From Chloroflexota bacterium (GTDB taxonomy: Bacteria; Chloroflexota; UBA11872; VXOZ01), in assembly GCA_963662335.2 (NCBI GenBank), contig CAXXVD010000004.1, forward strand, positions 128,001 through 192,000: a stretch of 64,000 nt of DNA. The letters run 5' to 3'. The notes under the pieces are model-generated. The model was not told where the DNA came from. It searched no databases and saw nothing but the letters and a program-made list of their open reading frames with translations. The stretch's first letter is position 1, and each line of letters starts with the position of its first letter. Shown here in pieces: positions 28,111-38,930 of this stretch. A program made the translations under genes and the position numbers.

Positions 28111-30459
28111 CTACCTGTAGGCATCGCCCAGCCACGGATCCGACCTGAGGTCCCTGTCGAACTCGCGAAGTGGGTGGCGGTCGGGGTCGAGTTTCTCTCC
28201 GGTATCCCATGGCTCGAAGGCGTTCTTGATGTTCCCCAGTCCCGTTCGGCCAAGCTCCGGGAAGTGACGGAGTATAACGGTCTTCAGGTCGGCGGCATCG
28301 ATCCAGGCAAGCCCCTCCTTCGTGTAGGTCTGTTCATTGTAGTCGTCGGTGTAGAAACGGTCCGCCTGGAGTCTGCGAGTCGCGTTCAGGATGAATATCT
28401 GGAACAGCGTTTCGCCGAACCCGAATCCGGTGGGGCGATGCCCCTCAGCGAGTGTACCAATCAGCAAGTCCAGCTTCTCCACGTCACTCGGCTGGTCCCC
28501 ATACACGTCCTTGAGCTTCCGTACCTGTTCGACGTCGTCGGTAAGGTCGTCGAACGTGCGAATTGGGTTGAGGCCCAATTGACGCCTGAACTCGTTGTAC
28601 CGTGGCACGCCCCTTTCGCGCGCCCTGAGGATGTCTACCGCACCCATATCGAAGAGCGGGTTGCCCGGTACACTAAGTTCTCGCATGAAGCTGGGGTAGT
28701 TGTTCAACACCAGTTGGCCCGGGTGCTGGACGCCAAATGAGAAGAACAGATCGGCCATTGACGTTCTGGCGGTCAGCCTGCCGGATCCCGCCTGGCGAGT
28801 CTGACCGAACGGCACGTCCTCGACCGCATTGTCGTTGCCGAGGCTTCTGATTCGGATTGCCTCGGGCAGAAGCGAGTGCAGGCGATAGACTTCGGCAAAC
28901 TCCTCGGTGAGGCCGTAGGGCTGCCCGTGCTTGTTGATCGGATTGCCTACAACACCGCCCATCTCCGGGTTCCGCACGTTGATGTCCGCAACCGTCTTCC
29001 TGTTCTCAGCGGCCCTGTAGGTGGTGAACAACCCATACCAGTTGGCATTCAGTCCTGAGTCGAGTCCGCGATTCGGGAGAATTGCCGGCGTCCATTCCAC
29101 GGTGTGTATCTTCGCCATCACGGCCGCGTTTATAAGGCGCGCCACGCTGAACAGGCGTGCGTCATCCCAATCATGATGGGCGCTCTTCAATCTGTCGCAG
29201 ATGGCATTATGCTCTCGCGTGAAGAGGGTGTGCAGCATGGTCAGGCCTATCCACCAGTTCCGGGTGAAGCCAGTCTGCTCGATACCCTTATCGTCGAGAG
29301 GTAGATTGCCCGCATCGTTGAGCCGAAGCTTGCCGTCGACCTTGGTACGGAGCTTTTCCAGAGTCTCCTGATTGCTGCCGTATATCTGAGAACCGTCCCA
29401 CCAGTGGGTGACTTCGTTGATGAACGTTATCGGGGTCCGTTCTCCATCGGGCATTCGGGTGGGATCGGATTGTGTCTTACCGATGAACATACTGGTCTGC
29501 CAGTGCTTCTTCCGAGCCGGGTCGTCTTCGGCCAGCGGAATCTCGTGCACCTCGTTGATGAGAGGCTCCCCATGGTGAACCCAATCATGGTTTTGGAAGT
29601 TGATCCATGACGCAGCCAGCAGATTGAGGAAAGGCACCTCCTTCATTTGCTCGCCCCTGGCCAGGAAGATGCGGCTTAACTCTCTCGGGTTCGGCGTCAT
29701 CAGGCTTTCACCCGTCTCTGGATGAATTACGTCGTTGTTCACATTGCGGGGGAAGCGAGTGCCTGCGGCGCCTTCTTTGGGATCGGCCAGGTTGTTCCAA
29801 CTTCCATCGGCCGTGCGAAAGTGTCTGACGCCCGGAGGTGGAGACTGTCCCTCCGGCTGAAAGCCTATCAAGGCTCCGGGTGGATAGGTGCTCTTGAGGT
29901 TGTTCTTGTTGAGTTGGTCGCGCATGTAGGCCAGGGTGAGAATCCCGATGAAGTACGGCCGGCGGTACCAGTTTGTCCACACCTCGTCGCGGTAGCCGGT
30001 CAGACCTCCTAGAACACTGGTCAATACGCTCATGACCAGCGACACAAACGCCCCTCCCGCGTTCCCCACCGCTAGCAGAACCCACTGGAAGAAGTTCCGC
30101 CTCGGCGCCGCCATCGGAGTAGAGGGTATAGAGCCATCCTCTACGACCGGCCTGGCGAGCAACGCGTCGCGGTCGAAGTAGGATATGTCCGGTACGTGCA
30201 CGTTCACTTCAGCCGCCGCATTCACGCGGGCCTGCGTCAACATGTCCTGCCACGTGCGCCTGTTGGGATCGAGCTTCAACGCTTGCCGGTAACTGTCGGC
30301 AGCCTCGTCATACTGCTGCAGACCGTAGTGCGCGGCCCCGGCGAGGGCGTGAGTTTCACCATCGGCGTCCGCGTCAATCTGCGCGCTCAGCAGTTCGAGA
30401 GCGTCCCGGAACCTGCGTTTCTCGATCAGCCGCGCCGCATCTTCGTTCGAGTTGCTCAT
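28111..30459 (-). CDS. Peroxidase-cyclooxygenase family heme protein (fatty-acid alpha-dioxygenase-like) with N-terminal TPR
   Basis: RTADGSWN, SWINFQNHDW, THWWDGSQIYG, AKIHTVEWTP, EEFAEVYRLHSLLP, RERGVPRYN, RRLQADRF. Confidence 0.9.
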   Translation of the reverse strand: MSNSNEDAARLIEKRRFRDALELLSAQIDADADGETHALAGAAHYGLQQYDEAADSYRQALKLDPNRRTWQDMLTQARVNAAAEVNVHVPDISYFDRDALLARPVVEDGSIPSTPMAAPRRNFFQWVLLAVGNAGGAFVSLVMSVLTSVLGGLTGYRDEVWTNWYRRPYFIGILTLAYMRDQLNKNNLKSTYPPGALIGFQPEGQSPPPGVRHFRTADGSWNNLADPKEGAAGTRFPRNVNNDVIHPETGESLMTPNPRELSRIFLARGEQMKEVPFLNLLAASWINFQNHDWVHHGEPLINEVHEIPLAEDDPARKKHWQTSMFIGKTQSDPTRMPDGERTPITFINEVTHWWDGSQIYGSNQETLEKLRTKVDGKLRLNDAGNLPLDDKGIEQTGFTRNWWIGLTMLHTLFTREHNAICDRLKSAHHDWDDARLFSVARLINAAVMAKIHTVEWTPAILPNRGLDSGLNANWYGLFTTYRAAENRKTVADINVRNPEMGGVVGNPINKHGQPYGLTEEFAEVYRLHSLLPEAIRIRSLGNDNAVEDVPFGQTRQAGSGRLTARTSMADLFFSFGVQHPGQLVLNNYPSFMRELSVPGNPLFDMGAVDILRARERGVPRYNEFRRQLGLNPIRTFDDLTDDVEQVRKLKDVYGDQPSDVEKLDLLIGTLAEGHRPTGFGFGETLFQIFILNATRRLQADRFYTDDYNEQTYTKEGLAWIDAADLKTVILRHFPELGRTGLGNIKNAFEPWDTGEKLDPDRHPLREFDRDLRSDPWLGDAYR

Positions 30460-31240
30460 TTTCTCCCTCCAATGCGGTGAACGTTTGCGCACATGCATAC
30501 AGATTCAGCTGCTCAGTCGGGTCTTACGTGATACCTGAGGCCACCCTCTGGATACGAGTGTGGCAGCGGGTCTTGCGATAAGACTGGACTTTGCGGGCGT
30601 ATTCGACCGTACTGAATCAGCTTTAGGATAGCCACCTTGCAGACGAGGAGAATGAGTCCCTTGCCGAGGCAGTCCTCGCGCCGCCGAGAAAGAGGCTGGG
30701 ATACATGGCCTCTGCATCGCTTCCAGGTTCCACAGAAGGCCCACCGCTACGGCGATACGGAACCCATTGAGCGAAACGTTCATAAAGCCAGACCTTCGTA
30801 CTTTCTTTACCGTTGTACCATACTGTAATTCGTGTGAGGCTGCAAGTAGCCGATGCAGCGCCATCAGCCCGACGGGTCCGCTAACGTGCGCTCACTTGAT
30901 GTCCACCGCCGGGGCGCTGGGACCGGCCTCCACGGAGAGCCGAGTGATAGAGGGTGCTATGAACGCCGCCCATGAGCGGTGGTAACCCTTGCCGTACAAA
31001 GTCCATCGGGACAGATAAGTGTATCGCGGCCGTGGTAGACACTGGCTTCACCGGGTCCCCGACCGTGACTCCGGCGCTGGTCATAGAGTTGGAATAGCCC
31101 CTCGCTGGCAATAGCCGTGTGACGTCGAATCTCCCACCGAAGAGTTCGCAATTCGGTACGCCTTGGCCCGCCAATTCAACCGCTCTCAGCTACAATACTA
31201 TCTGGGCCAGCCGCGCAGACGCGCATTTGGAGTGCACACT

Positions 31241-31735
31241 ATGGCCGGCAAGACGTCCAAGTCGGTAAAGCGGGAGCGAGAGAAGGCCGCCGCGCAGAAG
31301 GATGACGCGAAGCCGGTTCTTCTCTCCGGCGGCAACCCGCAGATCGCCAAGGCCGACGGCGACGCGCCCGTGCGGGCCTACATCGCGGCCATGCCTGAGT
31401 GGAAGAGCGACCTCGGCCGCAGGCTCGACGCGCTCATCGTGCGCGAGGTTCCGGAGGTACGCAAGGCGGTGCGCTGGAACTCGCCCTGGTACGGCATCGT
31501 GGGCCGGGGCTGGTTCCTCAGCTACCACGTCTTCACACGCTACGTCAAAGTGACCTTCCTGAACGGCGCGTTACTGCATCCCGCGCCACCCGGCTCCGGC
31601 AAGGACCCGGACGCCCGCTGGATTGACATCTACGAGGGCGAATTCAACGAGGAAGAGTTGGCGGCGTGGGTGCGGCAAGCCGCCGTCCTGCCCGGTTGGG
31701 ATGGCTTCCAGCACGTTGCGGACCCCAATTCGTAA
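31241..31735 (+). CDS. DUF1801 domain protein
   Basis: LLSGGNPQIAKADGDAPV, KAVRWNSPWYG, VKVTF. Confidence 0.85.
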   Translation: MAGKTSKSVKREREKAAAQKDDAKPVLLSGGNPQIAKADGDAPVRAYIAAMPEWKSDLGRRLDALIVREVPEVRKAVRWNSPWYGIVGRGWFLSYHVFTRYVKVTFLNGALLHPAPPGSGKDPDARWIDIYEGEFNEEELAAWVRQAAVLPGWDGFQHVADPNS

Positions 31736-32215
31736 CCTGAGAGACCCGCCAGGCGAAGTTGGGCGTGCGCGCAGAGCCCCTGCTGTGCACGATAGAGGAT
31801 GAAGAGTTCGATCGGCCCATTCGCCCCTCGCCGGAGAACCGCCCGCGCCGCGCCGCATTCCCACGCACACACCTCGACTACCACATCTCATGGGCTTCCT
31901 TCCTAAGCTGCAAAGCTCGCCCCGTGCAGCGCGTTGCATTTGACACGATGGTTTGCATCGCCATACGATAGTAACCCACCGCTTCCGACCGCCGCATTCC
32001 AGGGCCAGTGCTGGCGCGTCCCTGACGTGGACGGTAAACAATCCAGCCCCGGAACTCTGGGACACGGCGACCGGTCGGTCCCGTCTGCCCGCTGGTGCGA
32101 ATTCGCCGAGGAATACGCCTTCATCCTGGCGAGCCTGGGCATGGCGGAATGAGCGCGCCACTGCGGTGATGGCTTTGCGGCCGGGCTGCGAGGCCCGGTC
32201 TGGCCGGAGGGCAAC

Positions 32216-33226
32216 GTGCCGAAATACAAGGTGGTAGCGCAGGGGCGTCCCGACGGGACCGGCGACTTCACGTACGAGTTGGAGGAATTGCGGGGCCTTG
32301 ACGTTGAGCTTGTGGAAGTCCCCGCCGGTTCCGATGCCGCGTTTCTGGAGGGAGCGCGGGACGCTGACGCCATCCTGGGACGGGGCATGAGACTCTCCGG
32401 CGCGGTGATAGACGGCCTCACCCGCTGCAAGCTCATCGCCCTGGACAGCGTCGGCTTCGATCTGGTCGACGTCGCGGCGGCCACGGCCAAGGGCATTCCC
32501 GTAACCAACTGCCCGGACATCAATATCCAGGAAGTCGCGGAGCACACGGTCACGCTCATTCTTGCCGCCCACCGCCGCCTGCTGCAGGTGAACGCTATCG
32601 TCCGGCAAGGCCACTGGTGGGGCGGACACCCGCTGCTGCGCAAGCTGCCCCGGCTCTACGGACAAACTCTGGGCCTCATCTCATTCGGCAACATCCCCCG
32701 GGCCGTTGCGCCGTTGGTGCAGCCGTTTGGCCTGCGCCTCCTTGCGCACGATCCGTTCGTCAAAGAGACCACGATGATTCGCTACGGCGTGGAGCCGGTC
32801 GGATTGGATGAGTTGCTGCAACGGTCGGACATCGTCTCGAACCATCTGCCGGCGACGAACGGCACGGCTAAGTTGATTGGGGAAAGGCAATTCAAACTGA
32901 TGAAGCCCCAGGCAATCTTCGTGAACTGCGGCCGGGGCGCGACCGTGGACGAGGCCGCCATGATTCGCGCGCTGCAAAAGGGGTGGATTGCCCACGCCGC
33001 GCTGGACGTGCTGGCACAGGAACCGCCGGAGCCCGACAATCCGCTGCTCGGCATGGAGAACGTCACCCTGACCGGCCACGTGGCTTCCGCATCCTCACGG
33101 GTTGTGGGAGTGAGCCGGCGCCGCGTGGGCCTGGAGGTCGCGCTGGTTTTGCAAGGCCGCCGGCCGCTCTCGTGCGTCAACCCGTCGGTGCTGGCCGGCT
33201 CCGGCCTGCTGGAGTGGCAGACCTAG
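32216..33226 (+). CDS. D-isomer-specific 2-hydroxyacid dehydrogenase (CtBP-like)
   Basis: EVAEH, VNCGRGATVDE, AALDVLAQEP, TGHVAS. Confidence 0.9.
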   Translation: MPKYKVVAQGRPDGTGDFTYELEELRGLDVELVEVPAGSDAAFLEGARDADAILGRGMRLSGAVIDGLTRCKLIALDSVGFDLVDVAAATAKGIPVTNCPDINIQEVAEHTVTLILAAHRRLLQVNAIVRQGHWWGGHPLLRKLPRLYGQTLGLISFGNIPRAVAPLVQPFGLRLLAHDPFVKETTMIRYGVEPVGLDELLQRSDIVSNHLPATNGTAKLIGERQFKLMKPQAIFVNCGRGATVDEAAMIRALQKGWIAHAALDVLAQEPPEPDNPLLGMENVTLTGHVASASSRVVGVSRRRVGLEVALVLQGRRPLSCVNPSVLAGSGLLEWQT

Positions 33227-33329
33227 CCGCCGGCCGGCCGCACGCGGGCAGGGGTAAAGTGCGCGCCTCAATCTCGACCTCGCCAACGCGCCGGAGCGGC
33301 CCGGCATAGCCCCCTCAAGGAGAAACGAC

Positions 33330-34970
33330 ATGAACGTGTTACAGGCGGTTGCCAGAATCCTGAAGACGGAAGGCGTAGAGTGGGTCTCGTGCTTCCCCTC
33401 CAACGAACTGATCGAGGCGGTGGCCGAGCAAGGCATCCGCACCATCATGTTCCGGCAGGAGCGCGGCGCGCTGATGGCCGCCGACGGCTTCAGCCGGGTT
33501 AACGACCGCAGGAAGTTCGGGGTAGTCATTACCCAGGGCGGCCCCGGCGGGGAAAATTCGATGGGCGGCCTGGCGCAGGCGTTTGCCGACAACGTTCCCA
33601 TTCTCTACTTTACCGCGGGACCACCGTTGAACCGGTACGCGGTGCGCCCGGATTTCTCGCCGGTCCGCACCTATCAAAGCGTCTGCAAACGTGGCGAAGT
33701 CATTATGCATCCCAGCCAGGTAATCAGCGCGATGCGGCGGGCGTTTCATGCCCTCCGCAACGGCCCTCCCGGTCCGGTGATAGTCGAAATCCCCTCTGAC
33801 ATGGACGAACAGGAAGTCCCGGAGGCGGCGGCAGACTATCAACCGCCCCATAGCTCTCCGCAACAACCGTCACACGGCGCGGTCAAAGATGCGGTCAGGC
33901 TACTCTTAGACGCCAAGAAACCGGTCATCTGGTCCGGCATGGGAGTGCTGTTTGCGGGCGCCACCGGGGAATTGCGGGAGTTCGCCGAGCTTACCCAGAT
34001 TCCGGTGTATTGCACTATGCCCGGCAAGTCTTCATTTGATGAGCGCCATCCTCTGGCGCTCGGCGCCGGCAGCCTCGCCACCACCTTGCCCGCCTGGCGC
34101 TGGCTGCAAGACTCCGACGTCCTCTTTGCCGTTGGCTCAAGCATGACCAGAACAACGTACGGCCAGGCCATCCCCGACGGCAAGACCATCATCCATAACG
34201 TGGACCGCATTGAAGACATCAATAAGGACTATTCCGTTGCCGTGGGGCTGCCGGGGGATGCCAAACTCACCCTGCGGATGATGATCGAGGAGGTAAAGGG
34301 GCAAATCGGCGAGTCCGGGCGAAAGGGCAGTTGTCAGGTTGCCACGGAAATCAGCGCGCTGAGAGAGCAATGGCTCGCCGAGTGGCGGCCGCTATTGGAA
34401 TCCGACGAGGCGCCCATCAACACCTACCGGGTAATCGGCGAACTCGACAGAGTTCTCGATAAGGAAAACAGCATCGTTACCCATGACGCCGGCGCGCCCC
34501 GGGACTCGATCATGCCCTTCTACACCGCCACAGTCCCCCACAGCTACATTGGCTGGGGCAAGACCACGCACCTTGGCTTCGGCATCCCGTTGATGATTGG
34601 CGCCAAACTGGCGAAGCCCGATAAGTTCTGCCTCAACTTCATGGGAGACGGCGCCTTCGGCATGTCGGGCCTCGACATCGAGACCTCCGTGCGCGCCAAT
34701 GCCCCGATTACAACCGTCGTCCTCAACAACGGCGACATGGCCACCTATCCGGGCGGCTATCCGGTTTCGCGGCAACGGTTCGACCTCACCGCCATGGGCG
34801 GCGACTACGCCAAGATCGCCGAGGGCCTGGGCGCGGTGGGCATCACCGTGAAAGACCCCGCTGAAATAGCGCCCGCGCTCAGGAAGGCGCAGCAACTAAA
34901 CGCGGACGGCAAGACCGTGCTGTTGGATGTGCATAGCGACATGGAAGGCCGCCGGTCGAAATTCGACTAG
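33330..34970 (+). CDS. Thiamine pyrophosphate-dependent enzyme (acetolactate synthase-like family)
   Basis: RQER, QGGPGGEN, GDGAFGM...LNN TPP motif. Confidence 0.92.
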   Translation: MNVLQAVARILKTEGVEWVSCFPSNELIEAVAEQGIRTIMFRQERGALMAADGFSRVNDRRKFGVVITQGGPGGENSMGGLAQAFADNVPILYFTAGPPLNRYAVRPDFSPVRTYQSVCKRGEVIMHPSQVISAMRRAFHALRNGPPGPVIVEIPSDMDEQEVPEAAADYQPPHSSPQQPSHGAVKDAVRLLLDAKKPVIWSGMGVLFAGATGELREFAELTQIPVYCTMPGKSSFDERHPLALGAGSLATTLPAWRWLQDSDVLFAVGSSMTRTTYGQAIPDGKTIIHNVDRIEDINKDYSVAVGLPGDAKLTLRMMIEEVKGQIGESGRKGSCQVATEISALREQWLAEWRPLLESDEAPINTYRVIGELDRVLDKENSIVTHDAGAPRDSIMPFYTATVPHSYIGWGKTTHLGFGIPLMIGAKLAKPDKFCLNFMGDGAFGMSGLDIETSVRANAPITTVVLNNGDMATYPGGYPVSRQRFDLTAMGGDYAKIAEGLGAVGITVKDPAEIAPALRKAQQLNADGKTVLLDVHSDMEGRRSKFD

Positions 34971-35105
34971 CCAGACCAGACTGATAGCGTTTTACGTCAT
35001 GCCGTCGAGTGTAAGGCGGAAGTTGCGGCGCAATGCAGTATTGGTGGACGACCGACATCTTAGATAGGGTAACGCGGCGACACGGCGCCGCAGGAGACGT
35101 GGGCC

Positions 35106-35612
35106 ATGCGAGCGAGGCTTCGACTGCCACATGAAGGCGAAGAGATCGACCGTCTCATACGCCAAATAAAGGATGCCGCGCAAGAGATGCGAACGACCGT
35201 AGTCGCCGGGGTCGAGGTGACCTACAATATCTGCGACCCATGGCCCGATGGCATGGATCCGGCTATGTATGATCACGACGGCAATATATTCCTCCCGGCA
35301 GAACAGGTGCGGGCAAATCTACTAGCCGCCGACTTGGCCGCGCTCCACGAACACACCGAAATCCGCCACAAGCGCGCCGGCAGAGCACATGGCTACGCGC
35401 ACCAGCGGGGACTGCTCCAAGAGTTCCTGGCAGCCAAGGAGATAGTGGACGAGGACGGACTGAGAGCGTACGTCCACTTTAGGGTGTTCGAATACCCAGA
35501 CTGGAAGCTCCCAGACAAGAGCGCAGTTGAGGAAAGCCTATGCAGACTTCTCCTAGCCGAGCGGCCCCTGAGAGGCAAGCTCTTGGAGGTCTTCAAGAGA
35601 GCGGGTATGTAG
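35106..35612 (+). CDS. Hypothetical protein with HExxE...H possible metal site
   Basis: LHEHTEIRH...AH; 168-aa ORF fills the gap. Confidence 0.5.
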   Translation: MRARLRLPHEGEEIDRLIRQIKDAAQEMRTTVVAGVEVTYNICDPWPDGMDPAMYDHDGNIFLPAEQVRANLLAADLAALHEHTEIRHKRAGRAHGYAHQRGLLQEFLAAKEIVDEDGLRAYVHFRVFEYPDWKLPDKSAVEESLCRLLLAERPLRGKLLEVFKRAGM

Positions 35613-35747
35613 GAGAACTCCAGAGTCCGAGTTAACGCGCTGAGAGCCGGTGACTCCGGGCAAAGTCGGCTCTGCGCAACTCTTGTCCAGTGATGGTGCC
35701 GGACTATACGTGCTTGTCAGCACGATAGGTAGCTTCAAGGAGGAACT

Positions 35748-36389
35748 ATGCGTTTCGATGCCAATGTCCACCTCAACGCGGTAGAGCGAACCGTGTCATA
35801 CCTTGAGAGGGACGGCAATCCCGCCAGCGACGTCACCCTCTCCCGCAGTTACGCGACCGCGGTTGAAAACTTGTGGGATGCCGTGACGAACGCCGAGCGC
35901 ATTCCGCGCTTCTTCACGGGGATTAGCGGCAACCTGGAGCTTGGCGGGCGCTTTCAGTTGGAAGGCAACGCGAGCGGGTCGATCATCGAGTGCGAGCCGC
36001 TGTCACACTATGCCGTCACCTGGGAGTTCGCCGGAGACGTGAGTTGGGTTGCGGTGCGCCTGGCGGGCGCCGGCGCCGGCGGCGCGCGGCTCACGCTCAC
36101 GCATACCGCGCGCCTCTCGCCGTTCTGGGACCAGTATGGCCCAGGCGCGGCCGGCGTGGGCTGGGAGATGGGATTTCTGGGACTCGCCTTCCACCTGGCG
36201 CAACCGGACGCGCCCAGGCCGGACGAAACCGCGTTCGCCACGTCCCCTGACGGCAGAGCGTTCATCATCGGCAGCAGCGAGGGCTGGGCGCAAGCGGCCA
36301 TAGAATCGGGTACGGATGCCGATTCCGCCCACGCGGCGGCGCGGCAAACGAGCGCCTTCTACACTGGAGAATCAGCGGAGTCCACGTGA
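35748..36389 (+). CDS. SRPBCC (AHSA1) family protein
   Basis: LWDAVTNAERIPRFF, YGPGAAGVGWE; AAGGAGG RBS. Confidence 0.88.
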   Translation: MRFDANVHLNAVERTVSYLERDGNPASDVTLSRSYATAVENLWDAVTNAERIPRFFTGISGNLELGGRFQLEGNASGSIIECEPLSHYAVTWEFAGDVSWVAVRLAGAGAGGARLTLTHTARLSPFWDQYGPGAAGVGWEMGFLGLAFHLAQPDAPRPDETAFATSPDGRAFIIGSSEGWAQAAIESGTDADSAHAAARQTSAFYTGESAEST

Positions 36390-36459
36390 GGCGCGGACGC
36401 TGCCGCCCGCCGGCTGCGTTAGGCCGTGCGACAATACCATGAGAATAGCGCGACTAAAT

Positions 36460-36533
36460 CCGTCATTCCCGCGCACGCGGGAATCCATCTTCGCCGCCGC
36501 CACAGTGGATTCCCGCGTGCGCGGGAATGACGG
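36460..36533. repeat. CGTC-type palindromic doublet (dRS3-like ATTCCC-N8-GGGAAT)
   Basis: CCGTCATTCCCGCGCACGCGGGAATCCA...TGGATTCCCGCGTGCGCGGGAATGACGG perfect inverted pair between convergent genes. Confidence 0.9.
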
Positions 36534-36613
36534 TCAGACGGCCAGCCTCCCACTTTCATTTCCTTGGGTGGCCATCGCTAGGCTATGGTGATCCCCGGAA
36601 TTCGCGGGAAACG

Positions 36614-37060
36614 CTACGCGCTCCGCCGGCGCAGGGCGACGAAGGTGACGGCGGTAGACGTAATCAGGCTCAGCAGCCCGCCAATCAGAATGTCAATCGG
36701 CACCAGCGCCGTGGGCCACGTGGCAAACGTCACGTAGAGGGGGGCGATGTAGGTAGCGTACGCCGCGCAGCCCAGCACGAAGCTACTTAGGGCCGCCCGG
36801 CGCAGGCTTCCCTCTCGCAGCGCCGGTTCGATCGCCAGATAGCTGTTGGCCAGCGCAATGAGCAGGAAGAACGCCAGCAGGGAGAGTAGCTCGGTCCCGC
36901 CCCACGTGTCCATCTGCTTGCCGAACGTGTCCAGGATGGCCTTGCTGCCGCTCTCCTCGTGGAGGTTCGCGTACATGCCGGTCGCAATGGGCGAGATATT
37001 CCACACTATATCGACTACGGCATAGACGACGAACGCGGCGACGAATCTAATGTACGGCAT
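36614..37060 (-). CDS. Small membrane protein (DUF2177-like)
   Basis: VDIVW, YATY, W...IDI..GG; about 4 TM segments; AAGGAG RBS. Confidence 0.6.
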   Translation of the reverse strand: MPYIRFVAAFVVYAVVDIVWNISPIATGMYANLHEESGSKAILDTFGKQMDTWGGTELLSLLAFFLLIALANSYLAIEPALREGSLRRAALSSFVLGCAAYATYIAPLYVTFATWPTALVPIDILIGGLLSLITSTAVTFVALRRRSA

Positions 37061-37218
37061 TCTCTCTTTCTCCTTGGTGTGATTGAGCTTTCCACTCCCC
37101 GCCCCTTTATACCATCAATCATGCAAACCCAACAAGCGGAAGAAGGGGTAGAATAGAGATGCGTCTAACCAGCGCTTCGATTGGCGCTGAAATCGATGAT
37201 TGCGGGAGGCGGCAAGCA

Positions 37219-37599
37219 ATGGGCGCTACGCACGTAACGGTCAGGATTACGAACCCCGCGGATCCGGAGAGATTCTGGGAGGGTTTGTTCTTAGTAGATA
37301 CCGGGGCCACCGATTCACTGGTGCCCAGAGAGCACCTGGAAGCAATTGGTCTCGAGCCGAAGGGGCGGAGAATTCGCAGGCTGACGGACGGCCGTGAACT
37401 CATACTGGACGCAACCATCGCTGAAATCGAGTTCATGGGTGAAATCGTCGGCGGCACGATAGTCTTTGGCGAACCTGACGCGGAACCGCTGCTCGGCCTA
37501 ACGGCGCTGGCATCGGTCGGTATAGAGGTTGACCCCGTAAGCCAGCGTTTGAAGCGGCTACCGGCCGTGCGCCTGAAAGGACTGGCGGGGCGGCACTGA
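37219..37599 (+). CDS. Clan AA (retropepsin-like) aspartic protease
   Basis: LVDTGAT and PLLGLTAL motifs. Confidence 0.88.
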   Translation: MGATHVTVRITNPADPERFWEGLFLVDTGATDSLVPREHLEAIGLEPKGRRIRRLTDGRELILDATIAEIEFMGEIVGGTIVFGEPDAEPLLGLTALASVGIEVDPVSQRLKRLPAVRLKGLAGRH

Positions 37600-37710
37600 G
37601 TGGGCAGTTTGCGAGCGCGCCGCCGCTTGAAGCCAGCCAGCGACGGGACGCGACTCAGCCACGGCAGGTTACACGCAGTTTCTGCCTGAGGAGTCGAGAG
37701 GAGCCAGACC

Positions 37711-38814
37711 ATGAGAATTCGTTCGAATGACCCGGATTGGGAAGGGCCGCGCGCCGATCTTGTCGCGGCAGCAAGCGCCCCCAAAGGCCACTACCGCGCC
37801 GCCGTGGTCGGCTGCGGCCGCATGGGCAGCACCATCGACGACGAGCACGTGGGCAAGCCCCATTACCCGTGGCCGTGGGCGCACGCGCCGGCGATCATGG
37901 AAGCGCGCAACGTGGAACTCGTCGCCGGCGTAGACTTCGACACCCGGCGGCTGGCCTACTTTCGCGAACGCTGGGGCGTAAAGGCGCTCTACACCGACCT
38001 GCGCGAGATGGTGGCTAAAGAAAAGCCCGACATCGTGTGCGTCACCACGGGCCCGGTAGATCGCGCGGAGGCGGTCACGGCTTTGGCGGAGGCCGGCGTC
38101 AAGGCCATCTACGCCACCAAACCCATGTGCCGCACCCTCGCCGAGGCCGACGCCATGATCGACACGTGCCGCCGCACGGGCACAATCCTCGCCATTGCCG
38201 CCCACCTCAACTGGTACGCGCCCTATACCAACGCCAAAGCCCTCATCGACAGCGGCGAACTTGGACCCCTGCGCTCGATGGTCTGCCAGAGTCCCATGCC
38301 GCTCTCCAACATCTATAGCCATGTGCTGTGCCTCTTTGCGTTGTTCGTCGGCTCGCCCGCGCGCTGGGTGCAGGGTCACATGGACGACCCGGAGTTGGCG
38401 CAAACCGATGAAGACCAAAGAGGCTCCGGCATGATCGGCTACGAGAACGGCGTGTTGGGGTTCCTCAACTCCCACGCGCCCTGGCGGAGCTGGACCATGG
38501 AGTTCAACTGCGAGCGCGGCCGGGTCTACACCCGCAACCACCATGCCTGGTTTGAATTGTGGGGCCTTGGCGAAGAGGAATTGGATGGCGAACATCAACG
38601 GCAATTCCCCTTTCCGTGGCGCCCCCGCAGTTCCATGACCGACGCCATTGAGGGTGTTGCTCAATCCATTGAGGCCGGTGTCGAAGAGTCGTGCCCCGGT
38701 GAATTTGGACGCGAGGCCCTGGAGATTGGCATCGCCATCCGCGAGTCCTACCGCAGCGGCCGCCGCCTGGAGTTGCCGTTGACAGACCGCAGCCTCCGCC
38801 TCGGCGGCGAGTAG
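37711..38814 (+). CDS. Gfo/Idh/MocA family oxidoreductase
   Basis: VVGCGRMG, KPDIVCVTT, TKPMC. Confidence 0.88.
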   Translation: MRIRSNDPDWEGPRADLVAAASAPKGHYRAAVVGCGRMGSTIDDEHVGKPHYPWPWAHAPAIMEARNVELVAGVDFDTRRLAYFRERWGVKALYTDLREMVAKEKPDIVCVTTGPVDRAEAVTALAEAGVKAIYATKPMCRTLAEADAMIDTCRRTGTILAIAAHLNWYAPYTNAKALIDSGELGPLRSMVCQSPMPLSNIYSHVLCLFALFVGSPARWVQGHMDDPELAQTDEDQRGSGMIGYENGVLGFLNSHAPWRSWTMEFNCERGRVYTRNHHAWFELWGLGEEELDGEHQRQFPFPWRPRSSMTDAIEGVAQSIEAGVEESCPGEFGREALEIGIAIRESYRSGRRLELPLTDRSLRLGGE

Positions 38815-38930
38815 CCTAGGTACGCTGCCAGTCGCAACTGGCTGCCAGTCGCAACTGGTAGAACTGGGATCGGGATGACCGGCCATAGGCAAGACACGTG
38901 CCCGTCTCCAAGTCTGAGCCAACTCCCATA

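Noticed and set aside
30500-31160. Short ORFs upstream of the peroxidase
   Set aside because: No motifs or convincing RBS; probably degraded island sequence.
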